Assembly: GCA_963785235.1 (NCBI GenBank)
Contig: CAWAUM010000005.1
Location: forward strand, 64,001 to 128,000
From: an uncultured delta proteobacterium
GTDB taxonomy: Bacteria > Desulfobacterota > Desulfomonilia > UBA1062
Direction of reading: 5' to 3'
DNA length: 64,000 nucleotides
A program made the translations under genes and the position numbers. Below the pieces are notes generated by a model, which saw only the letters and a program-made list of their open reading frames with translations, was not told the DNA's origin and made no database searches. This document shows, one piece after another, positions 60,825 to 64,000 of this stretch (its first letter is position 1; each line of letters begins with the position of its first letter).

Positions 60825-61271
60825 ATGTTGAAATTCAGCAGTGCAATAGTGCTGTGCCTGTTCATGTCATGCTGTTCGGGTACCAGGCCCGCTACGCTCG
60901 GGATCAAGGATGGGAGGCTCTCACCATGTCCGGGAAGCCCTAATTGCGTTTCAACCCAGGCAGTAGGTAACAAGCACAAGATCGATCCGATCCGGTACAC
61001 AGTGACAAAGGAGCAGGCAAAGCAGCTTCTAGTGCAGGTGATAACCTCCATGAAGAGGTCAAAGATCATCGCTGATGAGGGTGATTACCTCCATGCAGAG
61101 TTTACCTCGCTGATCTTCAGGTTCGTAGACGATGTGGAGTTCTCTTTTGATGATGGAAACAAGCTCATCCACTTCCGGTCCGCCTCCCGGCTCGGTTACT
61201 CCGATCTTGGCGCTAACCAGAAACGTATGGAGGCAATCAGGAAGGGCTTTGAAGGGGCATCGGGTCAATAG
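60825..61271 (+). CDS. DUF1499 lipoprotein
   Basis: LSPCPGSPNCVSTQ, FVDDVEF, RSASRLGYSDLGAN. Confidence 0.88.
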   Translation: MLKFSSAIVLCLFMSCCSGTRPATLGIKDGRLSPCPGSPNCVSTQAVGNKHKIDPIRYTVTKEQAKQLLVQVITSMKRSKIIADEGDYLHAEFTSLIFRFVDDVEFSFDDGNKLIHFRSASRLGYSDLGANQKRMEAIRKGFEGASGQ

Positions 61272-61274
61272 AAA

Positions 61275-62678
61275 GTGGCAGGACAAGACACAATCATCCT
61301 GTTCACCCGCTGTCCAGAACCGGGCAAGGTTAAGAAGCGTCTGGTCCCTGTGCTGGGCGAACATGGAGCTGCAAATCTGCAGATTGATATGACCAGACAT
61401 GCACTTGAGATTGCCCGCAACCTCGCAACCACTGATAAAATAGTCCTTGAAGTGAATTATGCAGGTGGTGACAAGCAAAGGATGCAAACCTTGTTCGGGA
61501 GAGATTATGTATATATACATCAGGAAGGTTCTGACCTCGGAGAACGGATGCGGTTCTCCATGCATAAGGCATTTCTGGATGGAGCACAGAGAGTGGTACT
61601 CATTGGTGCGGACTGCCCAGGCATCACAGGGGCCACACTCAGGCAGGCCTTTGCGGCCCTTAGAGGGCATGACTGCGTTTTGGGGCCTGCCCTTGACGGC
61701 GGTTATTACCTCATAGGATTAAGACAGGATCAGCCAGAGATATTTTCATCCATACCTTGGGGTACGGACAAGGTTCTCGAACACACCCTGGGTGCACTAG
61801 TGCGGCTGGGTTTGAAAGCTGCGCTGCTTGAAACCCACGTAGACGTGGATCGGCCTGACGATCTGCACATCTGGGAAAAGATGAAACGTGCATGGTCGGC
61901 ACCCACGATTTCAATCGTCATACCCGCAATCAATGAAGAGGCAACAATCGGCAATGCCATCAAGAAGGCGCTGACCGGGAAGAATGTCGAGGTGATTCTG
62001 GCCGATGGCGGCAGTGAAGACCACACCAGGGATATCTCAGCGAGTTTGGGAGCCCAGGTTGTCACGGCCCAGAAGGGAAGGGCCTTGCAGATGAATGAAG
62101 GCGCCCGTGCAGCATCCGGGGATATCCTGTTGTTCCTTCATTCCGACAGTATTTTGCCGGTTGACTTCGATAATGACATCAGGCGTGCGCTTGCCGATCC
62201 GAGCATGGTTCTTGGGGCATTCGGGCTGTGCTTTGATGCAAATACATCTGCCATGAGAGTAATGGCCCTGGGTGCGAATCTGAGATCAAGACTTTTCAGT
62301 CTGCCCTACGGCGACCAGGCCCTGTTTGCGAGGAAGGCGGACTTCCATGAAGAAGGAGGTTTCCCCCAGATCCCCATAATGGAAGATGTAGCCTTTGTCC
62401 AAGCCATGAAAAAAAGGGGCCGGATAGCGATACTTAGCTCAAGAATCACCACCTCTTCAAGGCGCTATCAGGCCATGGGACCTTTCAGGACCTGGGTAAT
62501 CAACCAGATCGCCATGGCAGGGTTCTTTCTGGGCATACCGCCTGAAGAACTTGCTGTTCTGTACCGGAGCCGGGAGAAGTCACTTGCCCTTTGGATCAGG
62601 CACCTGATGAAGACCGACTGTGGCAGAGGCAGTTGTCATTTCGACCAAAGGGAGAAATCTGCAGATGATCAAGATTAA
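61275..62678 (+). CDS. Fused TIGR04282 + TIGR04283 glycosyltransferases (rSAM/seleno/arsenosugar-associated)
   Basis: PEPGKVKKRL, DLGERM, IGADCP, GPALDGGYYL, DVD; then GT2 ISIVIPAINE, DGGS, FLHSD, YGDQ, MED, TSSRR. Confidence 0.85.
   Translation: MAGQDTIILFTRCPEPGKVKKRLVPVLGEHGAANLQIDMTRHALEIARNLATTDKIVLEVNYAGGDKQRMQTLFGRDYVYIHQEGSDLGERMRFSMHKAFLDGAQRVVLIGADCPGITGATLRQAFAALRGHDCVLGPALDGGYYLIGLRQDQPEIFSSIPWGTDKVLEHTLGALVRLGLKAALLETHVDVDRPDDLHIWEKMKRAWSAPTISIVIPAINEEATIGNAIKKALTGKNVEVILADGGSEDHTRDISASLGAQVVTAQKGRALQMNEGARAASGDILLFLHSDSILPVDFDNDIRRALADPSMVLGAFGLCFDANTSAMRVMALGANLRSRLFSLPYGDQALFARKADFHEEGGFPQIPIMEDVAFVQAMKKRGRIAILSSRITTSSRRYQAMGPFRTWVINQIAMAGFFLGIPPEELAVLYRSREKSLALWIRHLMKTDCGRGSCHFDQREKSADDQD
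62634..62660 (+). repeat. REP-like short palindrome
   Basis: tgtcatttcgaccaaagggagaaatct resembles GTCAT-type REP elements (recalled, not searched). Confidence 0.45.
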
Positions 62679-63414
62679 CAACCATAAGGGCAATATTCAG
62701 AAGCTTGTCATAATCGTCTTTTTCATGGGTGCCTTTGCATACCCTTCTATTTCCAGGTGTGATCAGGTGCTCTTCCGGGAGGAGTTCAATGACCTGTCTG
62801 CCTGGAAAGAGGTATTTTTTCCCAAGATACCTAAGCATACCATTTATAAGACGGAAAAGATCGGCTCCGAATCCTTTCTCGTTGCCGGCAGCAATTCATC
62901 CGCATCACTGCTGGTCTATAAAAAGCCTTTCGATGTGTATGAATATCCGAACATAAGGTGGCGCTGGAAGATATCCAACATTTACAGAAAGGCCGACCCC
63001 AAGGTGAAATCAGGAGATGACTACCCAATAAGGATATATATCGCCTTCGAATATGACCCGCAGAAGGAAGGGTTGATAGACCGAGCCATCTTCAACCTTC
63101 TCAAGCTCATCTATGGCGAGTATCCCCCTTCAGGCTCGCTCAATTATGTATGGTCAAGTAAGGTGCTTTCCGAGAGATCCATGCCAAGCCCGTATACCGA
63201 CCGTAACAGGATGATCTTCCTCCAAAAGGGCAGCCCGCGGGTGGGTCAGTGGGTTGACGAAGAGGTGAACATTATCAAGGATTATGAAGAGACTTTCGGG
63301 AAAAAGCCGCCCCGGCGCGCCACCATCGGCATCATGAATGACTCGGACAACACGGGTGAAAAGGCAACTTCATATGTGGAATATATAGAGGTATTCAAGC
63401 AAGATGGTAAATGA
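62665..63414 (+). CDS. DUF3047 domain protein
   Basis: WRWKI, GDDYPIRIY, LNYVW, IMNDSDNTG. Confidence 0.85.
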   Translation: MIKINNHKGNIQKLVIIVFFMGAFAYPSISRCDQVLFREEFNDLSAWKEVFFPKIPKHTIYKTEKIGSESFLVAGSNSSASLLVYKKPFDVYEYPNIRWRWKISNIYRKADPKVKSGDDYPIRIYIAFEYDPQKEGLIDRAIFNLLKLIYGEYPPSGSLNYVWSSKVLSERSMPSPYTDRNRMIFLQKGSPRVGQWVDEEVNIIKDYEETFGKKPPRRATIGIMNDSDNTGEKATSYVEYIEVFKQDGK

Positions 63415-63524
63415 GAAGATAGTGATGAGGGGGAGGGCAATGGGAAAAATGTAAAGTATGGATACCGATCGGAGAACAATGGCGAAGTGGTTATTTCAGT
63501 ATTTTAAAAACCTTTATAGGATAT

Positions 63525-63959
63525 GTGAGAATCCAAGTGGCTAGGCTAATAGAAGTAGAATTCATTAAGTTCTGCACAGTTGGGTTCTCAGGTTTGTTTG
63601 TTGATATGGGTGTTGTTATAGCATTAAAGACAATCTTCGCTCTTGATACTCGTATATGTGCAATAGTTGGTTTCTCAGCAGCTGTTACAACAAACTATAT
63701 TTTAAACCGTCTATGGACATTTGAGGGTGCCCGGAATACGTCATTAGTAACGAGTTATGCTTGTTATGTTGCAGTTTGTTGTGTGGGGCTCTTAACTCGA
63801 CTCGGAGTGATGCACCTGCTAATAGAATATACAAATCTTGACAAAGGTTATGGTTATATATTCAATAATCTTATTGGAATAGGAGTTGGAACATTTGTTA
63901 ATTTTATTGGTAGTAAGTATTTTGCCTTTTCCCCCTTGCAAAAAGCCTTTAAGAAGTAA
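63525..63959 (+). CDS. GtrA-family membrane protein
   Basis: FIKFCTVG, NYILNRLWTF, NFIGSKYFAF. Confidence 0.85.
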   Translation: MRIQVARLIEVEFIKFCTVGFSGLFVDMGVVIALKTIFALDTRICAIVGFSAAVTTNYILNRLWTFEGARNTSLVTSYACYVAVCCVGLLTRLGVMHLLIEYTNLDKGYGYIFNNLIGIGVGTFVNFIGSKYFAFSPLQKAFKK

Positions 63960-64000
63960 CTGCAGGAAGATGAAGACAGGAAGATGAAGATAATGCTACT

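Overview
Chromosomal window from what looks like an anaerobic Desulfobacterota/deltaproteobacterium-like organism (inferred from gene content). From left to right it holds: formate dehydrogenase beta/gamma, sodB, an AbrB-VapC toxin-antitoxin pair, umuDC, hsp20-lon, HU, potABCD and a ferredoxin-AOR pair. A full Pho cluster follows (phoB-phoR, DUF47-pit, pstSCAB-phoU), then arsC, a TPP-riboswitch thiMECL operon, a polar amino-acid ABC transporter, acyl-CoA dehydrogenase, bfr, csp, tkt/tal/pgi and a TIGR04282/04283-DUF3047-GtrA cluster. About ten single-base indels break otherwise intact genes and are probably sequencing errors. Two signals stand out. (1) A two-gene module occurs twice: a ~62-66 aa peptide with a conserved RTRxIYGYNSxxERIF core (conserved through synonymous codon changes) directly upstream of a HAD-phosphatase/degenerate GDPD fusion. 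One copy lies behind four tandem Pho-box-like repeats upstream of phoBR. (2) A dispersed ~220 bp MITE-like family carries a 27-bp-arm palindrome with a fixed 32-nt core, which appears flipped in one copy. Diverged or deleted relatives lie around umuD and upstream of tal.
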